Source: Octopus bimaculoides
Taxonomy: Eukaryota
NCBI RefSeq assembly: GCF_001194135.2
Contig: NC_068990.1
Coordinates: forward strand, 44,198,501-44,232,002
Reading direction: 5' to 3'
DNA: 33,502 nt
In this document: piece after piece, positions 11,587-24,293 of the stretch
Numbering within the stretch: the stretch's first letter is position 1
How the letters are laid out: each line of letters opens with the position of its first letter
Made by a program: the position numbers and the translations under genes
Notes under the pieces: model-generated
The model's database searches: none
Seen by the model: only the letters and a program-made list of their open reading frames with translations
Told to the model about the DNA's origin: nothing

Positions 11587-11632
<46 letters not shown>

Positions 11633-11867
11633 ATTTGCATTTCAGTGTGCCTACGGTTAACAATATTTTATATCAATTGATTTATCGCTTAATTGATTAA
11701 TGTATTCCAAGCTCTCCCTCCCCCCTCTCTCTATTGCGGCGCTATATTACTTCCTCTGTCTATCTCTCTGTATGTCTGTCTGTCTGTCTCTCTATACATG
11801 TATGTATGTATTTAAGTATGTATGTATGTATGTATGTATGTATGCATATATCTATCTACCTATTTGT

Positions 11868-12281
11868 GGAGGCGCAATGGCCCAGTGGTTAGGGCAGCGG
11901 ACTCGCGGTCATAGGATCGCGGTTTCGATTCCCAGACCGGGCGTTGTGAGTGTTTATTGAGCGAAAACACCTAAAGCTCCACGAGGCTCCGGCAGGAGAT
12001 GGTGGCGAACCCTGCTGTACTCTTTCACCACAACTTTCTCTCACTCTTCCTGTTTCTGTTTTGTGTATCTTTGTGTGTCTTTGTTTGTCCCCTCACCGTC
12101 TCTTGACAACTGATACTGGTGTGTTAACGTCCCCGTAATCTAGCGGTTCGGCAAAAAATACCGATAGAATAAGTACTAGGCTTACAAAGTATAAGTCATG
12201 GGGTCGATTTCTTCGACTAAAGGCGGTGCTCCAGCATGGCCGCAGTTACATGACTGATACAAATAAAAGAATAAAAGAATA
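11868..12281 (+). mobile_element. tRNA-derived SINE with a distinct (tRNA-Arg-like) head and a family A body/tail
   Basis: A-box TGGCCCAGTGG (11878-11888), B-box-like GGTTTCGATTCCC (11921-11933), unique 5' region to about 12060, then a close match to the family A 3' half. Confidence 0.85.
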
Positions 12282-12988
12282 CATACACACACANNNNNNN
12301 NNNNNNNNNNNNNNNNNNNNNNNNNNNNNNNNNNNNNNNNNNNNNNNNNNNNNNNNNNNNNNNNNNNNNNNNNNNNNNNNNNNNNNNNNNNNNNNNNNNN
12401 NNNNNNNNNNNNNNNNNNNNNNNNNNNNNNNNNNNNNNNNNNNNNNNNNNNNNNNNNNNNNNNNNNNNNNNNNNNNNNNNNNNNNNNNNNNNNNNNNNNN
12501 NNNNNNNNNNNNNNNNNNNNNNNNNNNNNNNNNNNNNNNNNNNNNNNNNNNNNNNNNNNNNNNNNNNNNNNNNNNNNNNNNNNNNNNNNNNNNNNNNNNN
12601 NNNNNNNNNNNNNNNNNNNNNNNNNNNNNNNNNNNNNNNNNNNNNNNNNNNNNNNNNNNNNNNNNNNNNNNNNNNNNNNNNNNNNNNNNNNNNNNNNNNN
12701 NNNNNNNNNNNNNNNNNNNNNNNNNNNNNNNNNNNNNNNNNNNNNNNNNNNNNNNNNNNNNNNNNNNNNNNNNNNNNNNNNNNNNNNNNNNNNNNNNNNN
12801 NNNNNNNNNNNNNNNNNNNNNNNNNNNNNNNNNNNNNNNNNNNNNNNNNNNNNNNNNNNNNNNNNNNNNNNNNNNNNNNNNNNNNNNNNNNNNNNNNNNN
12901 NNNNNNNNNNNNNNNNNNNNNNNNNNNNNNNNNNNNNNNNNNNNNNNNNNNNNNNNNNNNNNNNNNNNNNNNNNNNNNNNNNNNNNNN

Positions 12989-13017
<29 letters not shown>

Positions 13018-13020
<3 letters not shown>

Positions 13021-13330
13021 CAAAATGGGACAAGAACACAAAACATCCAGACAGTTAGGCGATACAAAAAAGGGACAACAAAACATCCAGATAGACGATA
13101 CAAAGAAAACAAGGACCGAAAAAAATCGGAGAATGTTACACAAATACAAATAACAGGACATAACAAAAGTTGTCTTTCAACTAAGGACGAATTGAATTAA
13201 GCTGGCGTGTGTGGAAATAAATCCTGACGACAAGGATACAAGATTTCACAGGCACAGGAGGAATATAGATGTTGCACGGACGACGGCCGAAACAAGAGTG
13301 AAAGATCAGGTTTGGCCGAACACCGATTAC
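13018..13330. mobile_element. Unclassified interspersed-repeat-like element adjacent to (TA)n
   Basis: Internal direct repeat caaaacatccaga.ag...gatacaaa (twice); abrupt start at the (TA)n boundary; family not identifiable from the window alone. Confidence 0.4.
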
Positions 13331-13869
13331 GTGGGGAGAGAAGAGAGAAAGGTAGAGGCAGAGGGACAGAAGAATTAAGGAGGGGGCGAGAAAAAATGAC
13401 AGGGACACAATGAAGTGAAAAGTGGAGGGAAAGTGAGCAAGAAGAGAAGGCAAAGAAATGTGAGAAAGAGGGAACGAAAGAACGAAGAGTGGAATGAACG
13501 AATAAGCGTAAAAAGGCTGATAGAAAGAAAGAATAGAGTCGTACAAGATTTAGATAAATATATACTTACATATAAGAGAACAAAGTGTACGTACACCGCT
13601 ATATATATATATATATATATATATNNNNNNNNNNNNNNNNNNNNNNNNNNNNNNNNNNNNNNNNNNNNNNNNNNNNNNNNNNNNNNNNNNNNNNNNNNNN
13701 NNNNNNNNNNNNNNNNNNNNNNNNNNNNNNNNNNNNNNNNNNNNNNNNNNNNNNNNNNNNNNNNNNNNNNNNNNNNNNNNNNNNNNNNNNNNNNNNNNNN
13801 NNNNNNNNNNNNNNNNNNNNNNNNNNNNNNNNNNNNNNNNNNNNNNNNNNNNNNNNNNNNNNNNNNNNN

Positions 13870-13906
<37 letters not shown>

Positions 13907-13941
13907 GAGAGAATGAGAGAGACAAATAGACAGATTGACGA

Positions 13942-13984
<43 letters not shown>

Positions 13985-14269
13985 TTGAATGTATATTTGG
14001 CTGAACCTAAGATGAAAGACATCAACTGATTGGACTGAACTCATCACCTATCGTAGTCAGTTCTAGGATTAAGTCTAAATCCGTTAGTTTGATCAATACT
14101 GAGTGTTCCTGTTTAGTCACGCATGTGGTTCTTAATCCTTACTAAAACCTCGGATTTCGATAGCTACCTTTCTTTCCTTTGATAGTCTTAATCGAGAAGA
14201 AGAAGTGGTGATATCTTTTGTTTCAGTTCACATTCCATGTGTGAGGTGGTAATTTATGTAGGTATGTGT

Positions 14270-15009
14270 GAATGTTCCTGCCACTTTTGGAATCCGGCCT
14301 GGAAACCGTTTTCAGTGAGTCGTGGATATTTTGCGATTCGCTGTGGATCACAACAACGGTGTTAAAACGGCGACCTTTGAGCTGCATTTTCATCTTGGGG
14401 AGGAGACGGAAGTCTGCAGGTGCTAAACCTGGCAAGCAGGGCCGGTGCGGAAGTGATACCATGTTGTTTTGGGGAAGAAACTCACGAGTGAGGAGACCTC
14501 GGTGAAGAATCCAGCTCTTCGCGCTTCATAGATCCAGTCACTTTCGCCGATTGCGTTCCCCCAAACACGTCAAAATGTCGCTGTAGAACTCTCAATTGAC
14601 GGTCTGGTACTGGGGGACGAATTCTCTATGCACAATACCACGTTTCCGGGGGTGACACACGTAACACCTCCTCCAGATCGCTCATCGTCTCCCAGGGATG
14701 TTCTTCTGTTTTTGAAGCGCCCGTGCCACTCGAAACGTTGTGTACAACCCATTGCCTCGTTGCCGTTAGCAGACGTCCCAAGTTTAACGCAAAATTTCAC
14801 GTAGGCTCTTTTTTCTTGTCCATAACAAAATCGCAAACTACAGCATACATGTGATCGCAAAATCATAAATTTCACAACTTGCGGAGTAAACACCGTGATG
14901 TTACTCTGCACACTGCCTCATGGCCTCATGAATGTCACTGCTAGCAAGTGTGCTGTCATCTGTTGGCGCGCTACAAAACTAGTCCGGTAATTTTTTGATA
15001 CACCATGTA
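14270..15009 (-). mobile_element. Mariner (Tc1/mariner DD34D-type) transposon remnant, internally deleted
   Basis: TA + TIR-like CATGGTGTATCAAAAAATTACCGGACT at 14982-15009. N-terminal EKRAYVKFCVKLG...FEWHGRFKNRRTSLGDDERSG, then GIVHREFVPQYQTVN*EFY, then LPHRPCLPGLAPADFRLLPKMKMQLKGRRF (YSPDLAP-type motif) and LTENGFQAGFQKWQE. Confidence 0.92.
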
Positions 15010-15047
15010 TACATACACACATACATACATACATACATACATATATA

Positions 15048-15103
<56 letters not shown>

Positions 15104-15104
15104 T

Positions 15105-15385
15105 ATAGGCGCAGGATTGGCCGTGTGGTAAGTAGCTTGCTTACCTACCACATGATTGTGTGTGTGTGTGAGTGTGTCAGTGCGCGCGCGCGTGTGTTTG
15201 TACCACCACTATTGTATGACAACCCATGTCGGCGCGTTTACGTCTCCGTAACATAGCGGTTCGGCCAAAGATACCGAAAGAATAAGTACTAGGTTTACAA
15301 AGAATAAGTCCTGCGGTCGATTTGTTCGACTAACGGCGGTGCTCCAGCATGGCTGCAGTCAAATGACTGATACAAATAAAAGTAT
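15105..15385 (+). mobile_element. SINE family A with internal deletion (B-box and central region missing)
   Basis: Head tggccgtgtggtaagtagcttgcttacctaccacatg joins directly to the (GT)n and 3' body. Confidence 0.88.
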
Positions 15386-15622
15386 ATACACACATACATG
15401 TACATGCGCATGCATACATAAACACATTCACGCAAGCACACGCTTGACACTTTAATGGAAGCGAAGAGAATGCCTTATAGAAATGTGGGAGAAAATTTAC
15501 AATCAGATGGTAAAATGGCACCTATTTGACCAGACTGGTTGATTTCATTCGTCTCACACTTATGTGCTTTATTGATTGATTCTTTTGTTAACGAATAGTA
15601 TTGAACATCAATTATATAGGTA

Positions 15623-15691
<69 letters not shown>

Positions 15692-15824
15692 ATATGTATA
15701 TATCAATGTATGTATTCTGATAGAGAGAGATATAGACCAAAATAGCTAAGTAAATACATTAAGATATAGCTTTATATGGAGCAAGTTTCTGCTGCTATCT
15801 ATCTATCCATCCATCCATTCATCC

Positions 15825-15900
<76 letters not shown>

Positions 15901-18529
15901 GTCTGTCTATCTGTGTGCCTGGCTGGCTGTCTCTGTCTCTGTCTCTGTCTCTCTTTCTCTCCCNNNNNNNNNNNNNNNNNNNNNNNNNNNNNNNNNNNNN
16001 NNNNNNNNNNNNNNNNNNNNNNNNNNNNNNNNNNNNNNNNNNNNNNNNNNNNNNNNNNNNNNNNNNNNNNNNNNNNNNNNNNNNNNNNNNNNNNNNNNNN
16101 NNNNNNNNNNNNNNNNNNNNNNNNNNNNNNNNNNNNNNNNNNNNNNNNNNNNNNNNNNNNNNNNNNNNNNNNNNNNNNNNNNNNNNNNNNNNNNNNNNNN
16201 NNNNNNNNNNNNNNNNNNNNNNNNNNNNNNNNNNNNNNNNNNNNNNNNNNNNNNNNNNNNNNNNNNNNNNNNNNNNNNNNNNNNNNNNNNNNNNNNNNNN
16301 NNNNNNNNNNNNNNNNNNNNNNNNNNNNNNNNNNNNNNNNNNNNNNNNNNNNNNNNNNNNNNNNNNNNNTATATATATACATACATATGTGTGTGTGTGT
16401 CTGTGTGTGTGGTTATAATCGTGTGATTAGCGTATCGGGCATTGTATACTTTCTAAAACTTTTAAAGGTCATACTCATATAAGAAGAAAATGATGCGTAG
16501 ATAGGAAACCTTTCTGAAAGTATTTGAACTGCTGATGACCTACAGTAGCTTGTGGAAAAGTAGAACAAGAACATTACCTGTAAATATATAATGCGCGAAC
16601 CCGCTCCATTGACTCTTCGTCTGAGATATCTCGAGCCTAAAGCTCCGGCACTTCAAAGTTTTATTTTATAACTGAGATATTGTAATATGATAAACTATAG
16701 ATGATGTCTACTGTTCATTGTTTCACTTCGGACGAGAACAAGCTCAAACTTCCTGAATTGTATCTAATGGCAACATTTATCAATGAAAATGGAAAATATA
16801 ATGCACACAGTGACAAAACGATATATNNNNNNNNNNNNNNNNNNNNNNNNNNNNNNNNNNNNNNNNNNNNNNNNNNNNNNNNNNNNNNNNNNNNNNNNNN
16901 NNNNNNNNNNNNNNNNNNNNNNNNNNNNNNNNNNNNNNNNNNNNNNNNNNNNNNNNNNNNNNNNNNNNNNNNNNNNNNNNNNNNNNNNNNNNNNNNNNNN
17001 NNNNNNNNNNNNNNNNNNNNNNNNNNNNNNNNNNNNNNNNNNNNNNNNNNNNNNNNNNNNNNNNNNNNNNNNNNNNNNNNNNNNNNNNNNNNNNNNNNNN
17101 NNNNNNNNNNNNNNNNNNNNNNNNNNNNNNNNNNNNNNNNNNNNNNNNNNNNNNNNNNNNNNNNNNNNNNNNNNNNNNNNNNNNNNNNNNNNNNNNNNNN
17201 NNNNNNNNNNNNNNNNNNNNNNNNNNNNNNNNNNNNNNNNNNNNNNNNNNNNNNNNNNNNNNNNNNNNNNNNNNNNNNNNNNNNNNNNNNNNNNNNNNNN
17301 NNNNNNNNNNNNNNNNNNNNNNNNNNNNNNNNNNNNNNNNNNNNNNNNNNNNNNNNNNNNNNNNNNNNNNNNNNNNNNNNNNNNNNNNNNNNNNNNNNNN
17401 NNNNNNNNNNNNNNNNNNNNNNNNNNNNNNNNNNNNNNNNNNNNNNNNNNNNNNNATATATATACTCGTGAGTCAATATGGTTTGGTGACATATTTCATG
17501 CTTTCGCTAGCAGTTTTCGGTATCTCTGCTCTCGAGAGAAAAGATAGACAACCTCGCATCCCTCTCACCCTTAATTCAGCAGAACAGTCAGAATGTAACA
17601 AACGGACATATATAAACATATCAATATGCAGACAAAACGATCCTCACAAATATGTGACTAATCAACAAGCTGATTCGCTCACATTTCTCTCTATTTTCCA
17701 AAATTAATGGCTTTTCCTCTTACGGATTTTCCTCCTATTCCAAAATATTCCTAAAGCTAACATTTTTAAAGAAAATGGGTTCCAGTCTAAGAATAGACCT
17801 CCTATTAAATGCCGAATTCTGAATAATGCTTTGTTATGTAAAATATAATATTGTTTGTAATCTTAAACTTGCAGCCAATAATTGTAATCCCAGGTCACAA
17901 TAATCGTGCTTGTAAAGTAAACATAGCATTTCTATTTACGATGTAAACGCAAAATTGATAATACAAATGTATCAGTTTTTTTATCATCACATTTAAACAG
18001 AGCATTCTTTTATGTACACTACATATATCAGACTGGACAATGGAGATGACGCAGACACAGCAGTATCGTGGGTTTGTTGTTTTATATAAAATAAACAGAT
18101 ATCAAGGCTATGAAGAAGAAAAAAAGGAAGGAATAAAGGAATGATCAAAAAGAATGAAAGACAGAAAGAAAAAGAAAGAAGGCACGGGGACAAAATAGTC
18201 ACTCTACATAAACTACATATCATTTCATATGGACGAACAAGTTGTTTTCAAAATACACAAGAACTTATCGCAATATTTCAAGTTTTCAACAAAAGACTGA
18301 TAATTATTTATTTCTTCACGTATTTATTTATTGAAATTTATCTAGTATTTTGTCAACAGGTCAGTCACTGGTTTGTTGCATTTGCGATGGTGAACGTGTG
18401 AAGGGTGTGTCTGAACAACACGGGTGATCACATATCACACAAGAAATTTTCGAAAGCACCGACTGATCAATTTTCTTGCTTCTACTTACATCTTTCGCCG
18501 ATATGCAGCTCTAGTGTTATACGCATACA

Positions 18530-18615
18530 TACGTACATACATACATGAATGCATACATACATGCATGCATATATACATGCATGCATACATACATGCATGC
18601 ATACATACATGCATA
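18530..18615. repeat. (ATACATGC)n-like compound tetramer/octamer repeat
   Basis: Alternating TACA/TGCA units by inspection. Confidence 0.85.
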
Positions 18616-18894
18616 CATTTGCACCTGCATGTAACGAGCAAATATTTGTATAAATACACATAACTGGCAATGAAGCACAGACACGCGCACGCTTGTGTAC
18701 TGAAATGACATACACGCGTTATATGAATGCAGGCTTATATAAACACACATTCGTATTTTCACACAATAATGTTCATATTCACAACCTTAAGAGCAGTTTT
18801 GACATAAACGAAAGAACCTTGTCACTTTGTTAGTGACAGGTTTGTTTTGTACAGAAGTGAAAAGAATTAAAGAATTCTCAAAAGAACTATACAC

Positions 18895-19024
18895 AGGCGT
18901 AGGAGTGGCTGTGTGGTAAGTAACTTGCTTACCAACCACATGGTCCCGGGTTCAGTCCCACTGCGTGGCATCTTGGGCAAGTGTCTTCTACTATAGCTTC
19001 GGGCCGACCAAAGCCTTGTGAGTG
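18895..19024 (+). mobile_element. SINE family A 5' head (young, interrupted by gap)
   Basis: ggagtggctgtgtggtaag...gggttcagtcccactgcgtggcatcttgggcaagtg; nearly the reverse complement of the 27434 end. Confidence 0.92.
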
Positions 19025-19067
19025 NNNNNNNNNNNNNNNNNNNNNNNNNNNNNNNNNNNNNNNNNNN

Positions 19068-19099
<32 letters not shown>

Positions 19100-19159
19100 T
19101 GTATACACACATATATACACACAAACAAACGTACCCACACTTAGATACACACATACACA

Positions 19160-19315
19160 ACATGCTTCCATACAGTTTCCGTCAATAAAATTCGCTTACC
19201 AGTTTTGGTCAATCCCTACCAATAGTAGACGACACTTTCTAAAGATACTGCACAGTAGACTTGAGTATAGATTCTCAGGGCTGCGAAATGAACTTGTGAA
19301 CTACATAACCTTGCC
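19160..19315 (-). mobile_element. SINE family A 5' head, old
   Basis: cagtttccgtcaataaaattcgcttaccagttttggtc...tagtagacgacactttctaaag is a degenerate match to 27290-27430. Confidence 0.65.
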
Positions 19316-19449
19316 TTTATAATACAACTATAATTGTGAAAGCCTCTTATAAACACGGTTTGGCAACATCGTAATATCGTTTTTGTTCCTTTATCTTCTG
19401 TCTTTCTCTTCGGCGTCTTCATTTTCTATGTACAAATCCCGCTTTCTGG

Positions 19450-19550
19450 TTGATAAAACAAAGTATCAGTCAAGTGTCGAAGGTCGATGTAACCAAACTA
19501 ATCCCCACCAGCCCAAAATTTCATGTTTTATGTCTCAATCAGAAACGATT
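19450..19550 (+). mobile_element. SINE family B 3' fragment, old
   Basis: gataaaacaaagtatcagtc...ggtcgatgtaaccaaactaatcccc...aaaatttcatg matches the family B tail. Confidence 0.55.
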
Positions 19551-20309
19551 ATAAACAGAATTAATATTAAACGATTATCGTTATTTAAATTAATGGACTC
19601 CCAAACTCCTAAGATATTGTTATATCCTCTTTTTAATGTTATCATTTAGTTGCTATTGCGTAAAAGACTCTGTCTTAAAGTTATCACGATAAAGGGGATC
19701 CATTATTTATCAATGTTAAACAAAGAGGAACATAAGCTACAATGCTATATATGTGTGTATGCGCGCAGGCGTGAGTGCGCGCGTGTGTGCGTGTGTGTGC
19801 ATGTATTGTGCGTTTGTGCGTGTGTGTGTGCGTGTGCGTATGTGTGTGTGTGTCGTGTTCTTAAAGTACTATCTTGAATATTTCCATAATGTTATTGATT
19901 TAGCTTCTTTTCACAAGTCAAATCAAGTCACTTGACAAGTGAGTCAAACCAGTAATGATCTTTTTACTTTTTTAATAGATGCGGAAAGCTTTGCCTGTAC
20001 GAACGAGTCTGTGATACAGAAATAAATCAATGGAGCAAAATATTCGATTGATTTTTTTTGTTTTTTTTGTTTTGTTATCATGGTCGTTTCGTTTCTGATA
20101 TCGACATGTTATATTGTTATATTAAGATTTAAAAATTACATCATACGAGCCTTATTTTAAAGACAACTTCCTCGTATTGCTGCTATACTGAGCAGGTCTA
20201 GTGGGGTGACTTTTAGAAAAGCTAAGTATTTGTGAATTAAGCATGAAAGAAAATGGTAAAAGTGAAATCAGAATTTTCATATGATGTATTTATATTTTTA
20301 TAGTAGGAA

Positions 20310-20532
20310 AAGGCAGCGAACTGGCAGAATCGTTAGAACATCGGAGAAAAATGCTTATGGGTATTTCGTCCGCCTTTACCTTCTGAGTTCAAATTCTCCC
20401 GAGGTCGACTTTTCCTTTCATTTTTTTTTTTCGGAGTTGATAAAATAAGTACCAGTTAAGAACTGGTGTTGATATGAGCGACTTATTCTTTTCCCCGAAA
20501 TTACTGGCCTTGTGCCAAAATATGAAACCAAT
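20310..20532 (+). mobile_element. SINE family B (Meta-domain-like), full length
   Basis: aaggcagcgaactggcagaatcgttag (A-box-like), gagttcaaattc (B-box-like), then cctttcat...cgg.gttgataaaataagtaccagtt, which resembles the MetaSINE/Sauria central domain as remembered. Confidence 0.85.
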
Positions 20533-20729
20533 ATTTTACGGTGGAATATTACTAATACAAATGAAACCAGAAGTCGTGAACTATAACATACCATAAACAA
20601 CAAGACAAACTGAATTTGTACTTTTTTAAATAAATCAAAATCTGTTAGTAAATGGTGTTAGGTATATGTTCAGTTTTAAAAATATGATTTATATTGAAAA
20701 TCATATGGAATTAGTGGTAATTAAACTCG

Positions 20730-21630
20730 ACCTCAATCATACTTAAGCAGAATTATAGTCAAAGACGTTCGTCTTGTACATTTGCCGAAAACCTAAGTTC
20801 AAATTATCCAAAGTGTTTTTTCGAAGAAGGTATGGCTGTTATTTGAAAGCCAATTAGCTGTTCTTCCAAGTAGGTTTAGCGACCACATAGGGGTTCCTTT
20901 GTCGTTGATCTGATAGCTTTCTCATAGCACTCTGTCATGGATATGATCATTATAGTATTCCATAGTGCTGGTCTTGATGTAAAGGGAAAGCACTTGAGAC
21001 TTAAATGCAATTCTAGACAGAAACATGTCTTGCTCATAAGTGAAAAACCAAATCTCTTTGATTGGATTTTGTCAATACTAAGAATACGAGGCTTCAGAAT
21101 ACATTTTAGATGTTGTTGTTTTGTTCTAGATCAGGTTTGACCTAGCTTTGGATGAAAGGTTTCATCAAAGGCATTGGAGCCTCGATTATTCCATCTTTAC
21201 CCATTTTTTAAAAAAATTACAGTGTATCATGGAGTACATTACCCAATGTGTTTTTCTTCTTTTTAAAATGCCTGTAGAATGTTATTTGAAAGAGAAACAA
21301 AAAGAGAAAGAGAAAAAGCGAGAGGGGGAGAGGAAAGATTTGGTTATTTCTAGTACATCAAGCAACCATGTACAGGCTTCTTGAGGCTACTAGCAAGGTC
21401 ATTTATTGTATTTTAGTCGCGAAAAGCTTCGTTCATTGACTGATATTGTTCTATGGTTTTGTTAATGTAAAAGATTACGAGGCTTCAAAATAGGCTGTTG
21501 TCGTTATTATTGTTTTGCTTAACCCAGAATGTCCTTATTAAAAAAAACACCCCGTAAAGTGTGATTTGAGAGATTTTCGGTTTATATTTATTGCATATCG
21601 AGCTGCCATGTAGAGGCATCTGGTCGTTAC
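20730..21630 (-). mobile_element. Cluster of three old family D copies (about 20730-20880, 21110-21400, 21495-21630)
   Basis: Reverse complements contain ctagaaataaccaaatc and tctctcaaatcacac, shared with 22741-22790 and 23205-23255; two end in (CAA)n-like tails. Confidence 0.55.
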
Positions 21631-22689
21631 TAAAAAGGTGATTCACAGTAATCTAGTCACTGAACTATTCTTTCGTTCACAGCCATTGTTCAGAGTATTA
21701 AAGTACTTTGTTGGTATCACAAAAATAGCATTCNNNNNNNNNNCACGAAAAGAAGCATTTAGCACGACCTACATACCTAATTCATGAGTAAAATTAACTT
21801 TTTGGAGTTACTTTCTAAAACAGCACGCTACTTTTTTGAAAATTTTGGGTTACGTTTTGTTAAACAGAGCTGGCAGCCCCGCTGTCAGTTATTATATAGT
21901 ATTTCTCACGGACTGCGATCTATGACGATTGAAAAGCGGGTGGACAAATTGCCGTGCTTGATAAAAATTAAACTGGTAAGATTTTAGATGGTTTTTAAAT
22001 GTTTTTTTAAAAATGGTTTTAAGTTTTTAAATTTTGTCGAACACCATTACAAAGAATAAAGTACTTATATAAATGTAAACTCTAATTTATTTTCTCAGTA
22101 ATGAAGAGGGAAGTGAGGAGAGACTTAAATAGTTTCAGATATATTTGGAGGAGCAATTAGTTGAAAAATCACTCAGTAAGTATAGCTCCAAAGAGGTGTT
22201 TGATGAACCTCTATTTTCATGATACTTAGAAGATACTAGAACACTCACTGAACAATGGCCGCGAACGTTCAAAAACCTCCTTTAATAAAATACAATAAAT
22301 CATCTTGTTTGAAGCCACGGGAAACTTCTACATAGTTTCTCAACGAGGGTGTTAGCGCCATCAAGTGAAAGCTGGGCATTCGAAGGGGTGTTAGGTTTTG
22401 GAGGATGAGGTAACATAATTAACATACTAAATTTTACCTATGATAGTAATTATATAAAATATTATAAAACTAGTAATAGTTATTAAAAGAAAATTAGATC
22501 TCATTGAGTACAGGGAAATCATTATTAATGACTTTTGTCTTTAATTTTTTTTATCATTTCACTTTTAAAAGCTTATACAGTTCATTTTTAGAGTAAAATT
22601 TATAAATTATCATCAATCTTAAGTTAGTTTAGTCGTGTTACCTCACTCACCAAGTAGGTTGGTTCTAGGAATAATAAAAACTTAAGAGG

Positions 22690-22960
22690 AGAGTACCGAA
22701 AAATATAGTTAAGAAAAACTACTCTACGTGATAGCTCGACGCTGTAGAAATAACCAAATATCTCCAAAATTATATTTTACTTCTTTTAAGAGGAAGAGTG
22801 TATTAGATAATGTAAGCAATACCTGATAAAAAAAACAGGAAGATTGAATGTTCGAGGCTCAGAAATTTGGTTATTATAAGTTTGGCAGATGAAGCCCAAT
22901 CTCAGGTTAAACAACAACTACAACAATAATAACCACATCAACAACAACAACAACAACTCA
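22690..22960 (+). mobile_element. Old family D copy with (CAA)n tail
   Basis: gctgtagaaataaccaaatatctcc...ttagataatgta...ttaaacaacaactacaac. Confidence 0.55.
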
Positions 22961-23169
22961 TATTCTCGACATTAACAAAACCACATCAAAAAGATTTGGC
23001 TTTTAATTCAAAGGAGAGAAATATTTCTATCCAGAAACTCTTTCACGTGTTTAGCACTTCCCTTTCCCACCACGACCAGCACTTTCGAATGTTATACTGA
23101 TCATATTCTTAGACAACGTATCTCATTCCGTCACTATATTTAAGACTAATTTCAGTAGAATGCTACAAG

Positions 23170-23340
23170 ATCGATAACAACAATGGGTGTCTAAGTGGAA
23201 GCTTAACCAGCTAGAAATAACAACGAAATTTTCTTCAAATCACACCCTTATCTTCCTGGAAAATGAGACTGGATGCTGTGCAGTTGGGCTCACTGCATAT
23301 TAAAAAAAAGACGAAGTAGTCACTTGGGACTAAATATCAA
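23170..23340 (+). mobile_element. Old family D copy
   Basis: agctagaaataacaacgaaattttcttcaaatcacaccct. Confidence 0.55.
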
Positions 23341-24251
23341 TAAACTGTTTTTTCACTTTCTACTTTTTCCCTCACAACTAGAACGCCCTTCCTCTTAAAG
23401 AGCTAGGTCTGTATCACCTCCAACCAGAAACATTTTACACAATCATTTTTCCGTTTCTCTTCAGCCTTGCAATGTTTCAATGAGCGGAAATAAAGTCATA
23501 TGTAAAGAACAAAAATGGCACGGAAAAAGTTACAATTCAGGAAAAATAGGAAAAAAGGGAAAAAATCAGGAAAAGAAATGTCGCATTTCATTTAAATAGC
23601 GTTAGTAAATACTAAAGATAATTGAATAAATAATATTTACTTCGATTATTAACTGACGATGCATAATTTTTACACAAGGAGAAAACTATATATAAGACGT
23701 GATCAAATAATATATTGTTGTAATCAATACCATAAATTACAAAAATAAAACGAAGCAAAATAAAATAAAGTATCAACAGCGTAGTTTTTCCGCAGTCAAC
23801 ACTGGAGGATAATTATCAGTACACCGAGCTGTGTTGAGGTTTCGGCCACTGAGATAGTGTACATTTCTGTTTCGCAAGCTGATACTGCATTTGCATGTTT
23901 TACTCAATACCTCCACCAGTGCCGACTTCTACACTGTCCAACATGAACCAAACTCTGCTACCAGAGAAATCCACCTCACTAATTTTCCTTACCCTCTTCC
24001 CCCAACGCTATACACCTTCACACCCCTCTCTCTCTCTTTCATTTCTTCTATTTTCTCATCCCTCAACATAGTCAACTATACGACTTGTGGGAACAGCTCA
24101 GGTCACAAAGTCATGTTCACCATTTCCGCCGGCATTGACTGCCTCCCCTTCACTTCCAGAAACACCTACGAGCGATCTACCACTGACAACAGCTCACAAA
24201 CAACAAAGGAACGTACACACTTCTGGTTTCTTTCTTTTGCTACGCTGAAAT

Positions 24252-24293
<42 letters not shown>

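Noticed and set aside
13224-13300. CUGACGA on the plus strand
   Set aside because: No stem II closing onto a GAAA and no stem I.
15175-15200. (CG)n/(TG)n Z-DNA-prone and (GAA)n/(GA)n triplex-prone tracts
   Set aside because: Ubiquitous in this kind of genome; nothing marks these as specifically functional.
16533-16560. CUGAUGA...GAAA on the plus strand
   Set aside because: Stem II does not pair and no NUH/stem I is present; likely chance.
16579-16660. GC-rich patch ending in a strong minus-strand donor (CAG|gtaatg)
   Set aside because: Every frame has a stop just upstream and the available acceptors lack a pyrimidine tract; no recognisable peptide.
17468-17707. ORF with a signal-peptide-like start
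   Set aside because: Non-ATG start at a gap edge, no homology recognised; hydrophobic runs are common in AT-rich DNA.
18490-18510. 21-nt minus-strand microexon candidate with a gtaagt donor
   Set aside because: The acceptor lies in a (TATG)n tract without a pyrimidine run.
21690-22060. Segment with a DNA-transposon-like feel
   Set aside because: No TIR, TSD or second copy within the window to support a call.
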